A DNA stretch of 64,000 bases. Origin: an uncultured delta proteobacterium (GTDB lineage: Bacteria > Myxococcota > Myxococcia > Myxococcales > Anaeromyxobacteraceae). The stretch is taken from the NCBI GenBank assembly GCA_963814585.1, contig CAWFDF010000008.1, forward strand, positions 320,001 through 384,000, written 5' to 3'. Both the position numbers and the translations under genes were made by a program. Positions 10,101 through 20,469 of this stretch are shown here, piece after piece. Positions within the stretch are counted from its first letter, which is position 1. The number at the start of each line of letters is the position of its first letter. Below the pieces are notes generated by a model. That model saw only the letters and a list, made by a program, of their open reading frames with translations, made no database searches and was not told the origin of the DNA.

Positions 10101-11684
10101 CTAGAGGGTGATGGCCCTCACCGATCGGACGTGCGGCAAGGCCTTCACCCTGTCCAGCACCTCCGCGGTGGGGGTCGAGTCGACGTTGAGGAAGGCGAAG
10201 GCCCGGGTCCGATCGTCGGTCCTGGAGAGCGAGATCCGCGCGATGTTGATGCCGGCCGCGCCCAGGGTAGTGCCGAGGTTGCCGACCACGCCAGGGGCGT
10301 CGTCGTTCTCGCACAGGAGGATGGGCCCCTCGGGCACCGCCTCGAGCCTGAAGGCTCCCAGCCGGACGATGCGCGCCTCGGCCTTCCCGTAGACCGTGCC
10401 GGCCACGGTGGCCTCGCCACCCGGGCCCCGGACCGTCACGGTGAGCAGGCCGGCGTAGTCCTGCGGGGCCGCCACTCGCTCCTCGCGGAGGGTGAGGCCG
10501 CGCTCGCGGGCCACCTCGGGCGCGCTGACGTCGTTGATGGGCGTCTCGCTGGAGTGGCGCAGCAGGCCGACCAGCACCCGGCTGGCGAGCGGCCGCGCCG
10601 GAGCGCCGGCCAGGTCGCCGGCCAGCGAGACCACCACCTCGGTCGGCCCGGTGGGCGCCAGCTGCCCGGCCAGCGCCCCGAGCTTCTCGGCCAGCGGCAG
10701 GTAGGGGCCGACCTGCGCCAGCACCTCGGCGGGCAGGCTCGGAAGGTTGACGGCGTTCTTCACCACGCCCGACTGGAGGTAGGCCACCAGCTGCTCGGCG
10801 ACGGCCACCGCCACCGCGGCCTGCGCCTCCTCGGTCGAGGCGCCGAGGTGGGGCGTGACCACCACGCTGTCGAGGCGCAGCAGCGGGTGATCGGCCGGGG
10901 GAGGCTCCTTCTCGAAGACGTCGAGCGCCGCGCCGCCCAGCCGGCCGCCGGCGAGCGCCGCCGCCAGCGCCTCCTCGTCGACGATGCCGCCCCGGGCGCA
11001 GTTGACGAGCAGCGCGGTGGGCTTCATGAGCGCCAGCGTGGCCGCGTTGACCATGTGGCGGGTCTGCTCGGTGAGCGGGACGTGCAGCGAGATGACGTCG
11101 GCCTCGCCCCAGAGCGCGTCGAGCGCCACCAGCCGCACGCCCAGCTTGGCCGCGGCCTCGGCGGAGATGAACGGGTCGTAGGCGATCACCCGCATCTTGA
11201 GGGCCAGGCAGCGATCCACCAGGATCGACCCGATGTTGCCGATGCCGACCACGGCCAGGGTCTTGCCGGCCAGCTCGTGCCCCTGGAACCTCTTCTTCTC
11301 CCACTTGCCCGACTTGACGCTGGCGGTGGCGGCGGCGACGTGGCGCGAGAGCGAGAGGATCATCGCCAGCGCCAGCTCGGCCACCGTGGTGGCGGAGCCG
11401 CCCGGCGTGTTCATCACCACCACGCCCCGGCGGGTGGCCGCCGGCAGGTCGACGTTGTCGACGCCGACGCCGGCCCGCCCCACCACCTGGAGCCGGGTCG
11501 CCGCCTCGAGCACCCTGGCCGTGACCTTGGTGGCGCTTCGCACCGCCAGCCCCTCGTACCTGCCGATGATGGCCAGGAGGTCATCCTGCCCGAGGCCGAT
11601 CTTGACGTCGACCTCGAGCCCGGCGTCGCGGAGGATGGAGACCGCCTGGGGCGAGAGATCGTCGGCGACCAGGACTCGGGACAT
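10101..11684 (-). CDS. serA: D-3-phosphoglycerate dehydrogenase
   Basis: MSRVLVADDL, GRAGVGVDNVD, VVGIGNIG, NCARGG, TPHLGAST, C-terminal ASB/ACT region (NDDAPGVVG). Confidence 0.96.
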   Translation of the reverse strand: MSRVLVADDLSPQAVSILRDAGLEVDVKIGLGQDDLLAIIGRYEGLAVRSATKVTARVLEAATRLQVVGRAGVGVDNVDLPAATRRGVVVMNTPGGSATTVAELALAMILSLSRHVAAATASVKSGKWEKKRFQGHELAGKTLAVVGIGNIGSILVDRCLALKMRVIAYDPFISAEAAAKLGVRLVALDALWGEADVISLHVPLTEQTRHMVNAATLALMKPTALLVNCARGGIVDEEALAAALAGGRLGGAALDVFEKEPPPADHPLLRLDSVVVTPHLGASTEEAQAAVAVAVAEQLVAYLQSGVVKNAVNLPSLPAEVLAQVGPYLPLAEKLGALAGQLAPTGPTEVVVSLAGDLAGAPARPLASRVLVGLLRHSSETPINDVSAPEVARERGLTLREERVAAPQDYAGLLTVTVRGPGGEATVAGTVYGKAEARIVRLGAFRLEAVPEGPILLCENDDAPGVVGNLGTTLGAAGINIARISLSRTDDRTRAFAFLNVDSTPTAEVLDRVKALPHVRSVRAITL

Positions 11685-11770
11685 GGTGGGCGCTCCTGGG
11701 GTTCGGCTGCGCGGCGGCAGCCACGGGTTGACGGCGCCGGACGGCGCGCGGCGTGGACTGGTCCCCTGCC

Positions 11771-12439
11771 CTAACCCGCCCGGCGCCCCGGTGCACGCAG
11801 TCCAGCGAGCACCATGGCGATGAGCTGGCCCTTGACAACGTCGATCTGCTCCTCGGGCTGGCCGACCGGGCGCACCAGCCCGACCACCAGCCCGGTCACC
11901 GTCATCTCCAGCGACCCGAGGATGCCGGTCGCGGCCACCACCGGCTCGAGGTCGTCGCGGAGCTCCCCGGCCTGCTGCCCCGACTCCACCACGTCGGCGA
12001 TGATCCGGATGGCGCTGAAGAAGGTCTCCGGCGTCGACCCGGAGCGGAGCACCCTGGGCGTGCGCGCCACCTCGAGGATCAGCACGCGGACCGCGGTCGG
12101 GGCGGTCTTGAAGACGTCGAGCACGAAGGAGAGCACGCCGGCGATCTTCTCGCTGGCGGTCCCGGTCCCTTCCTGGATGGCCTTCAGGGCCGCCAGCAGG
12201 ATGGTCCACTGCTCGGCGAAGACGCTCTCGAGCAGCTCGTCCTTGTTCTGGAAGTAGTGGTAGACGAGCCCGTAGGCGACCCCGGCGGCGCGCGCCACGT
12301 CGGCGATGCGGCACCCGTGGTAGCCCTTCTCGGCGAAGACCCGCACCGCGGCGTGAAGGATGGCGCGGCGCTTCTCCGGCTCCGGGGCATCGGGCGCGAG
12401 GCGTCGAGGCGTGGCTCGTGGGGAGCGGGGGGACGTCAC
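11771..12439 (-). CDS. TetR/AcrR family transcriptional regulator
   Basis: KRRAILHAAVRVFAEKGYHGCRIADVARAAGVAYGLVYHYFQNKDELL HTH; GTG start at 12439 inferred. Confidence 0.9.
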   Translation of the reverse strand: MTSPRSPRATPRRLAPDAPEPEKRRAILHAAVRVFAEKGYHGCRIADVARAAGVAYGLVYHYFQNKDELLESVFAEQWTILLAALKAIQEGTGTASEKIAGVLSFVLDVFKTAPTAVRVLILEVARTPRVLRSGSTPETFFSAIRIIADVVESGQQAGELRDDLEPVVAATGILGSLEMTVTGLVVGLVRPVGQPEEQIDVVKGQLIAMVLAGLRAPGRRAG

Positions 12440-12518
12440 GTGGGCTCCGGTAGGCTCTCGCCAGCTTGTAGCAGAAGGCCTCCCGGGCCGGAAGCCGGGC
12501 GCCCCGCCAGGAGCGCCC

Positions 12519-15035
12519 TCACCGGGAGGGCGATCCGCCGAGCTGGCCGAGGCCGAGGTCGACCCTGAAGCTGGGGATGCCTCCGCAGTCGTTGACCCCG
12601 ACCAGCACCTTGAGCTTGAAGCACCGGCACGGCGAGTCCCACTGGGCCCAGGCGGTCTGCTGCTGGATGTGCCACGGGCCCACGGTCCTGGCGGGGCCTC
12701 CCGCCTGGCACGATCCGACCTCGCTGGTCCGGGCCGGCAGCAGCACGTCGTAGCCGAAGCTGGCCGGCCCGATGCGGAGCTTGCCGCCCAGCGTCGCCGA
12801 CGCCAGGGCATCCGTGCTCCCGCTCGAGCCCGCGGCCTGGTCCAGCGGGCGGATCGAGATGGGCCGCGAGTCGAAGAGCGCGTCCACGCCGGCCCCGATC
12901 CGGCCCGATCCGCCAGGCCCGAACGCCAGCAAGCCGCCGTGGAGACCGTCGCCGCGACCATCCTCGAGCGCGAGCCGGAACCGCAGCTCCGAGAACCGAT
13001 CGAGCCAGGAGGCATGGAGCGGCTGGGGTGCGGGATCCGGGCGCCCGGCGGTCCAGAACCGCACGTCGGCCTCGCCGGTGACGTAGCCCCGGGAGGCCGC
13101 GGCGCTCACGAACCCCTCCGCCAGCTTGCCACGTCCCAGGTCGACCTCCTGCCCCACCTCGCCGCGCAGCAGCGCGAAGTCCGGCGAGTGGAGCCAGGTG
13201 GCCAGCGCCACCCTGAGCTGGCTGGAGCGGCCAGGTGGCGCCGCGGCGGCGTAGCGCGGAGCGACGAAGGCGCCCGTGGTGCCTGCCGGCGTGGAGTCGG
13301 CACGATCCCAGCCGTCGTAGCCGAAGGCCGGGAGGGCCCCGCCCATCACCGGGCTGGCCAGCAGCCACTCCACCCTGGGCTCCAGCACGTGGCGCACGGC
13401 GCCGTAGCGACGGCTCAGCAGCGTGTTGAGCTGGAGCCCGCTCACCCACCATCCGTTCACGAGCGGGGACTGGCTGGCGTCGAAGAGGTAGCCGAGCGCG
13501 GCCCCCCGCACCCACGGCATCACGGAGAGCCAGCCCACCTGGACCGGCGCCGCCAGCTGCACCCGGGCGTCGAGCCGCGACGCGGCCAGCCGCTCGCCGG
13601 GCTGCCAGGTCCCGTCGAGCTCGGTGGGATCGGTCGCCTCCCGGGTCCAGGCGCGATCCGCCGGGCCGACCCCGTCGGCGCCGCCGTCCGAGGTGACCCC
13701 GTGGAGCGGCGCGTCGCGGGTGGCCCCGAGCCGCCCGGAGACCAGGACCGGCCCGGCCAGGCGCCATGGCGCCAGCGTCACGGCCGCCGAGGGCCAGCGC
13801 TGGAAGCCCGGCAACGCGCTCCCGAAGGTCCCGTTGTCGATGACGGTGAGCGATCCATCCCGGGCCACCGGCTCGAGCCAGCCAGCGGTCGCCTCCAGCG
13901 CCAGCTGGGCGGTGCGGTGGGAGAGGACCAGCGCCGAGCGGCGCGAGGTGGCATCGCGGACCCGGATGTCCGAGGTGAAGTCGCGGACGTAGAGGGGATC
14001 GCCCACCAGGTCGAGCGAGGCCCGCAGCGAGGTCCGATCTCCGAAGCGCTGGGCCCAGTCGCCGCGCAGCGCGTACCGGAGCCCGGAGGCCCCGACGATC
14101 CCCTGGGCCGGCACCGCCTCGTCGTCGAGGTCCTCCTGCAGGTCGATCAGGAGCTGCACGGCCGCCTGCCCGGCCGGGGCCCAGCGCCCCTCCAGCGCCG
14201 CGCCGGGGCCGCGCACCGAGGGGTCCCCCCGCGCCACCGCGGAGGCTCCCTGGCCGAAGGCGTAGCGTGGCGCCACGGTCACGTCGGCGGTGCGGCCCAG
14301 CGTGAGGTAGACCGGCTGCCCCACCGTCCAGCCGGTCGGACCGGTGGAGCTGAGCGTGGGGACCAGCAGGCCGGAGACGCGCGGCGCCAGCGGCACGGTG
14401 AACCACGGGAGCGCCATCACCGGAACCGGCCGATCGATGAAGAGGAACCGGGGCGTGACGTAGAGCACCGGCCACTCCAGCCGCGCCTCCTCACCCGGCC
14501 TGCATGACCGCGGCGTCCGCGCGCAGCTCCCACGAAGGCGCCCCCTCGCCCGGGCAGTCACAGACCGTGAGGCGCGCCTCCCGCAGCCGGAGCCGGCCGT
14601 CGCCGGTGCCGGTCACCTCGCGTCCCTCGGCGCGCAGGCCGTTGGGGCCGCAGCGTGACGCCTCGGCGAGGGTGGCCGCCGCAGCCGTATGGCGTCGGCC
14701 TCGAACGGTAGAGGGCCACCGCCTGCCGGGCCTCGAAAGGGCCGTCGAGGACGACGTGGACCTCCTCGGCGAAGAGCACCCGGGCTGGAGTCGATGAGCA
14801 GCACGCCGCCGCTGGCGGTCACCTCGCCGCTGCGCGGATGGTAGGTGGCCTTCCCGGCCCGCAGCGTCGCCGCGCCGCGCGGGATCACCACCTCGCCCTC
14901 GAGCCGGTAGGTGCCGGCGGCGACGTCGAAGGCGGCGCTGGTGGCCCTGGACCCTGGCCTCGCCGCCCTCGCCACGCTCGCCGGGAGCGGGACGGCGGCG
15001 GCGAGGAGCCTGGCCGCGGCCAGGGCGAGGAGCAT
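12519..15035 (-). CDS. lptD: LptD-like LPS assembly outer-membrane protein (at least three frameshifts between about 14495 and 14790)
   Basis: OstA-like N-terminus (YRLEGEVVI..LRAGKATY..VTASGGV), LTVCDC..PSWELRA, RVSGLLVP, beta-strand-rich C-terminus ending WDSPCRCF..FRVDL; pieces lie in different frames. Confidence 0.7.
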
Positions 15036-15050
15036 CGGCACCCGGGGACT

Positions 15051-16592
15051 CTACTGCTTCGGCGCCGGCTCCGCGGCGGGCTCCTGATCGCCGACGGTCC
15101 GGCGCCCTCGGGCTTCTCCTCCGGGTCGACGACCATCCCCTGGTCGTTCTCGAGGGTCGCATCCCGGGGCCGCGGCCGACGGTGACTCCGATCCGCCAGC
15201 CGCCCCTCCCTCGCCCAGGGCGGGCGGCCGCTCGAAGTCGATGGCCAGCACGTCGCCCTCCACCTTCTGCTGGTAGGGGACCCGCTTCCTGAGCTTGATG
15301 TCGACGACGTAGGAGGTGCCCACCCGGCTCGGCGTGATCAGCGCCACGGCCGAGGGGAAGAAGGAGGTGTCGAGCGGTCGGGTGTCATTGCGCCGGCTGG
15401 CCCGGGTGTTCTCCACCTCCAGCCGCACCACGTCGTCGCCGACGTCGGTGATGGTGAAGCGGGGCGTCGACGCTGGTCTTCACGAAGACCCTCGAGACCG
15501 TCGGCAGCTGCTTGAAGCCGACCGCCTGCAGCTTGGCCGCCCGGGCGCGGGACTTCGTGGCGCCGGTCCGCGGCCGGGGCCGGGACGGGCGCCGGCGCCC
15601 TGCGACGGGGCTGGCCGCGGCGGGCTTGCTCGGGCCGCCAGCTGGGCGGCGAGGGCCGCCTCCACCTCCCGCCTGGCCCTGGCGTCGGCCTCTGCCTGGG
15701 TCCGGGCCGCGCGCTCGGCACCCGGTCGCCGCGGCGTCCGGCTTCGACTCCGCGGCGGCCACGGCGGCCGTCTCGGCGGCGGCCTTGGCCTTGATGCCTC
15801 GGCGCTGCGGGCCTCGGCGGCGGCCCGCGCCGCCTCCTCGGCCGCGGCTTGCTCGGCGGCGGCCCTCTCGGCCTCGCGGGCCCTGGCCTCGGTCTCGGCC
15901 CGGGCCTGCGCCTCGCGCTCCCTGGCGCTGGCCTCGGCCGCCAGGCGGGCCTGCTCACTGGCCTCGGCCTCGCGCTGCTGGCGCGCCAGGGCCTCCTGGC
16001 GCTCGGCGTCGGCGGCCTCGGAGCCGGCTGCGGCGCCGGCCACCGCCACGGCGACCCCCGCCGCTCCGGCGCCGGCCTCGGCGGTCGCCGAGGCCCCGGA
16101 TACGGCCCCGGTGGCTGCGGGCGCTGCGGCTGCGGGCGCAGAGGCCTCGGCCACGGCGGGTGCGGCGCCGGCGGGCGGGGCACCGGCCGCTGCGACGGCC
16201 GCCCCACCGGGCTTGCTCATCCGCACCAGCAAGGACGTGCCGTCGGTCTGGACGTCGGGCGGCTCGACGTCGACGCTGAAGGCCAGCATCACCCGCGCGA
16301 TGGCGGTGGCGCCCGAGCCGTAGCCCAGGTTCTTGATCACCTTGATCACGCCGTCCTCGACCCGCAGGTCCTCGGGGACGCCCTGGAACCTCGCCTCGGA
16401 GAGATCGATGACGAAGCGGGGCGGATCGGCCATCGAGAAGGTGGTGAAGTTGGGCGGCTTGCTCCCCTTCACGGTCACCAGCACGGTGCTGCCCTCCGAC
16501 CTCACCTCGACGCTGGTGATGACGTTGATATCTTGCGCCTCGGCGGCGCCGGCAAGGAGGAGGCAGAAGGCCAGGGAGAGGCTGGATCGCAT
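15051..16592 (-). CDS. Secreted protein with two AMIN-like domains joined by an Ala/Glu/Arg-rich helical linker (frameshifted at about 15460-15800)
   Basis: Signal peptide MRSSLSLAFCLLLAGAAEA; FSMADPPRFVIDL; second domain VGFKQLPTVSRVFVKT / VRLEVENTR..RPLDTSFF in other frames. Confidence 0.7.
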
Positions 16593-16692
16593 CGGAGGGC
16601 TCCGTCGGTCGATTCCTGGGGGAAGATAGCACGCACCCCCAGGCCCTCGAAGAATCCGGCGGCGCCGATATCGGAGCGCGCCAGCGCGGCTC

Positions 16693-17904
16693 TCATCGAG
16701 ACCGCAGCAGCGCCCTCGCCTCGCCCACCAGGTAGAGCGATCCGGCCACCGCCACCAGCGCCCCGTCGCGCGCCGCGGCTCGCGCACCGGCCAGGGCGTC
16801 GCCGAGCCCGTCGTACCGCTCCGCCGGCAGGCCCAGCGCCGCCGCTGCGGCGCTCAGGTCCTCCACGGCGCGGGCTCGTGGCGTCGCCGGCGCCACCAGG
16901 TGGAACCGGCGGGCTGACCCGGCCAGCGCCGCCAGCATGCCGCGGTGGTCCTTGTCGCCGAGGGCCCCGAAGACCAGCTCGACCCGGCCACCCGGGCTCC
17001 GCTCGGCCAGCGCCGCGGCCAGGGCCCGCGCGCCGTCCGGGTTGTGGGCTCCGTCGAGGAGCACCCCGTCCATCAGCTCCAGCCGGCCCGGCCAGCGGGC
17101 CGTGGCGATGCCACGGCCGATCTCTGCTTCACCCACGGTCACTCCGGTCCGGCCCAGGGCCCGCAGCGCGGCGGCAGCCAGCCCGGCGTTGCCGCGCTGG
17201 TGGCCGCCGGCCAGGGCCAGCGGCCCCTCCCAGGTGGCGGGGGCGACCTCGAACGGCGCCCCGGCCTCCTGTGCGGCCGCGCGGAGCACGCCGAGCACGC
17301 CGGGTGGCTGGACGGCGTGGACCACCGCCGGGATCCCGGCCTTGAAGATGGCCGCCTTCTCCCGGGCCACCAGCTCGACGGTGTCGCCGAGCCACTGCGT
17401 GTGATCCAGCCCGATGGCCGCCACCGCCGTCACCGCCGGCCTCACCACGTTGGTGGCGTCGAGCCGCCCCCCCAGCCCCACCTCCAGGACGGTCACCCCG
17501 ACCCCGGCGCGGGCGAAGTGGACCAGCCCGGCCAGCGTGGCGAACTCGAAGTAGCTGAGCCGGTCCTCCGGCTCGCCGCCGTCGTGCCACGGGCAGGCGG
17601 CGCGCACCTCGGCCACCGCGTCGGCCAGCGCGTCGTCGGCGATGGCCTCCCCGTCCACGGCGATCCGCTCGTTGAACCGCTCGAGGTGCGGCGAGGTGTA
17701 GAGCCCGGTCCGCAGGCCGGCCGCGCCGAGGGCCGCCGCCGCCATGGCGCAGGTGGATCCCTTCCCGTTGGTCCCGGCGACGTGGAGGATCGGGGCCACC
17801 CGCTCCGGGTGGCCGAGGGCGTCGAGCGCCCGCGCCATCCGCTGCAGGCCGAAGCGCATGGCCAGGGGCGAGAGCGCCTCGAGGTACCGGTGCGGATCGA
17901 TCAT
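16693..17904 (-). CDS. folC: Bifunctional folylpolyglutamate synthase / dihydrofolate synthase
   Basis: HVAGTNGKGS, YTSPHL, EVGLGGRLDATN, WPGRLE, LDGAHNP, GSLYLVGE. Confidence 0.96.
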   Translation of the reverse strand: MIDPHRYLEALSPLAMRFGLQRMARALDALGHPERVAPILHVAGTNGKGSTCAMAAAALGAAGLRTGLYTSPHLERFNERIAVDGEAIADDALADAVAEVRAACPWHDGGEPEDRLSYFEFATLAGLVHFARAGVGVTVLEVGLGGRLDATNVVRPAVTAVAAIGLDHTQWLGDTVELVAREKAAIFKAGIPAVVHAVQPPGVLGVLRAAAQEAGAPFEVAPATWEGPLALAGGHQRGNAGLAAAALRALGRTGVTVGEAEIGRGIATARWPGRLELMDGVLLDGAHNPDGARALAAALAERSPGGRVELVFGALGDKDHRGMLAALAGSARRFHLVAPATPRARAVEDLSAAAAALGLPAERYDGLGDALAGARAAARDGALVAVAGSLYLVGEARALLRSR

Positions 17905-17927
17905 GCCGCGCCGCCGCAGGCGGCCGC

Positions 17928-18785
17928 TCAGCCGAGGAGCGCGAGGATCTGCGCCAGCCGATCGCGCATCTCCAGCCGCGGCACGATGGCGTCGATCATG
18001 CCGTGCTCGAGCAAGAACTCGGAGCGCTGGAACCCGGGCGGCAGCTTCTCGCGGATGGTCTGCTCGATGACCCGCGGTCCAGCGAAGCCGATCAGGGCCT
18101 TGGGCTCGGCGATGACCACGTCGCCCAGCCAGGCGAAGGAGGCGGCCACCCCTCCGGTGGTGGGGTGGAGCATCACCGAGACGTACGGCTTGCGGACCGA
18201 GCGGAAGCGGTTGAGCGCCGCCGAGGTCTTGGCCATCTGCATGAGGGAGAAGATCCCCTCCTGCATGCGGGCGCCGCCGGTGGAGCTGAAGACGATGCAG
18301 GGGATGCGCCGCTCGCAGGCGCGGTCGATGACGCGCGCCACCTTCTCGCCGACCACCGAGCCCATCGACCCGCCCATGAACTCGAAGGCGAAGGCGCCGA
18401 TCGAGACCGGGTGCCCGCCGATGGCGCCCACGCCCGAGACGAAGGCGTCGCGCAGGCCGGTGGCCTTGAGGGTGGACCTGAGCCGGTCCCTGTACTTCTT
18501 GGCGTCGGTGAAGCCGAGCGGGTCCTGCGGGGTCAGGTCGGCGTCGAGCTCCTGGAAGGTGCCGGGATCCAGCAGCAGGTCGAAGCGCCGCCGCACCGGC
18601 AGGACCTCGTGGTGACCGCAGAGCGGGCAGACGTTCCAGTTCTTCTCCAGGTCGGCCTTGTAGATGACCTCGCCACAGCCGTCGCACTTGTTCCAGATCC
18701 CCTCGCCCTTCTTGGCGGGGGCCGGCTGCGGCTCGGCCGCGCCACCCTTCGACTTGAGCTTCTTTTCCTTCGAGAACCAGGCCAT
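17928..18785 (-). CDS. accD: Acetyl-CoA carboxylase carboxyltransferase beta subunit
   Basis: C4 zinc finger (WNKCDGC..CPLCGHH), [34 protein letters not shown]. Confidence 0.97.
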   Translation of the reverse strand: MAWFSKEKKLKSKGGAAEPQPAPAKKGEGIWNKCDGCGEVIYKADLEKNWNVCPLCGHHEVLPVRRRFDLLLDPGTFQELDADLTPQDPLGFTDAKKYRDRLRSTLKATGLRDAFVSGVGAIGGHPVSIGAFAFEFMGGSMGSVVGEKVARVIDRACERRIPCIVFSSTGGARMQEGIFSLMQMAKTSAALNRFRSVRKPYVSVMLHPTTGGVAASFAWLGDVVIAEPKALIGFAGPRVIEQTIREKLPPGFQRSEFLLEHGMIDAIVPRLEMRDRLAQILALLG

Positions 18786-18964
18786 GGGTGCGGAGCTCCT
18801 CGGGACGGTCGAGCCCGTGCGGCAGGACGACCGGGCCGGGCCTGTTTACACCCATGAGCGGGGTTCGGGAAACTGGCTGGGCAGGCCAGCGGCTCGACCG
18901 GGCGCGTCAAGGTCGCCGTCCTGGGGATCACGGGGACGGCCCTGCCCGGATCTCGAGGCGGGAC

Positions 18965-19730
18965 TCAGAACCTGAAGGTGTCGCCGACTTCCAGGATCCG
19001 CACGTTGGGGAGGCCGAGGGCGGCCACCTCGCGGCGCAGCCTCGCCAGGTAGGCGGGCTTGAGGTGGTAGAGGAGGATCGGCAGGTCGCCCCGATCGAGC
19101 TTGGCCAGCTCCCTGGCCAGGCTGCGCGGCGTGAGGTGGCCGGAGAGGTCGGCCAAGCCGCTGCAGCTCGTTGGGGAAGGAGAGCTCGACCAGCAGGGCC
19201 TTGAGGCCCGGCGAGCCGTTGACCAGCTTCCAGAACGCGGTGGTCGGGCCGGTGTCGCCGGAGATGCCGAACGAGGTGCGGCCATCGCCGACCACGAACC
19301 CCACCGACTCGACCGGGTGACGGACCGGCACCGGCTGGAAGGTGAGGGCGCCGGCGCGGAAGGCGCGCCGGGTCGAGAACGACCGCAGGTCCATCACCGG
19401 CGCCCCCGGGGAGGGGATCCGGGTGAAGTCGGGCCAGAGCTTCCCGTTGAAGACGTTCTGGCGCAGCGTCCTGGCGCACTCGGTCGAGGCGTGGACGCGG
19501 ACCGGCCGGGTCCGCCGCCCCACCAGCAGGTCGGCCAGCAGCGGGACGTCCTTGATGTGGTCGAAGTGGCTGTGGGTGAGCACCACGTCGTCCACCTTCA
19601 GCAGCTTCGGGAGCGACAGCGACGACGTCAACGCCCCGGCGTCGATGGCCAGCCGCCCGTCCACCAGGAAGCAGGTGGTCCGGTGGTGCGGGAGCTCTCC
19701 GCCCGAGCAGCCGAGGACGCGGAATCTCAT
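18965..19730 (-). CDS. MBL-fold metallo-hydrolase, class II cyclic-nucleotide phosphodiesterase-like (frameshift at about 19155-19160)
   Basis: MRFRVLGCSGG, IDAG, THSHFDHIKD, SGDTGPT, ELSFPN, then LSGHLTP..LYHLKP in the next frame; ATG overlaps the stop of the upstream CRP-like gene. Confidence 0.8.
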
Positions 19731-20374
19731 CCGAGGTCTCCGAACTGTGCCTTCATCTGGAGGAACTCCAGGAAGTGGCGGAGCTTGTCGGTGTCGGGCA
19801 CCACGAACCCGTCGGGGTGGACCGAGACGATCTTGGCCTTGAGCAGCTTCATCAGGGCCTCGTCGGCCTGGTCGGGCTTGACGCCCACGCGCGCCGCCAG
19901 GTCGCGCGGCGCCATGTCGATCTTCATCCCGGCGGCGGTCCGCGTGCCCCGCTCGGCCGTCACCGAGAGCCAGTGGGCCACGCGAGAGGCCGCGTCGGTG
20001 AGCAGCAGGTTCTCGATCTGCTCGTTGGCCTCGGCCAGGCGATCGGCCAGCTTCTTGATGAGCCGGACCGCGATCTCGGAGTTGGACCGGATCATGGTCT
20101 CGAAGGTCTTGGCGTCGATCACCAGCAGCCGGCAATCCTCGGCGCAGACCGCGGTGGCGCTCCGCGGCTTGTTGTTGAGGATGGCCATCTCGCCCAGGAA
20201 CTCACCGCTGCCGAGCCGGGAGAGGATCTTCTCCACCTCGCCGACCTGCTTGGTGATGGTGACGCTGCCGGAGTTGATGACGAACATCTCCCGCCCCTCG
20301 TCGCCCTCCCGGAAGAGGACGGTGCCGCGGGGAAACTCCCGGCCGAAGCGCTGGAAGAGGGGATCGTCGGACAT
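19727..20374 (-). CDS. Crp/Fnr family cyclic-nucleotide-binding regulator
   Basis: LFREGD.G.EMFVI.SG, GEFLGEMAIL, PRSATA cNMP-binding cassette; C-terminal winged-helix-sized domain. Confidence 0.9.
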   Translation of the reverse strand: MSDDPLFQRFGREFPRGTVLFREGDEGREMFVINSGSVTITKQVGEVEKILSRLGSGEFLGEMAILNNKPRSATAVCAEDCRLLVIDAKTFETMIRSNSEIAVRLIKKLADRLAEANEQIENLLLTDAASRVAHWLSVTAERGTRTAAGMKIDMAPRDLAARVGVKPDQADEALMKLLKAKIVSVHPDGFVVPDTDKLRHFLEFLQMKAQFGDLG

Positions 20375-20469
20375 GAGGGATCGGGTATCCTCGGTGGTCA
20401 CTTAGCCGACGTCGCTCGGGGCTGTCAAAGAAACCACCAGGCTCCACGCACCCTTGGGCGCTTCGGCCC

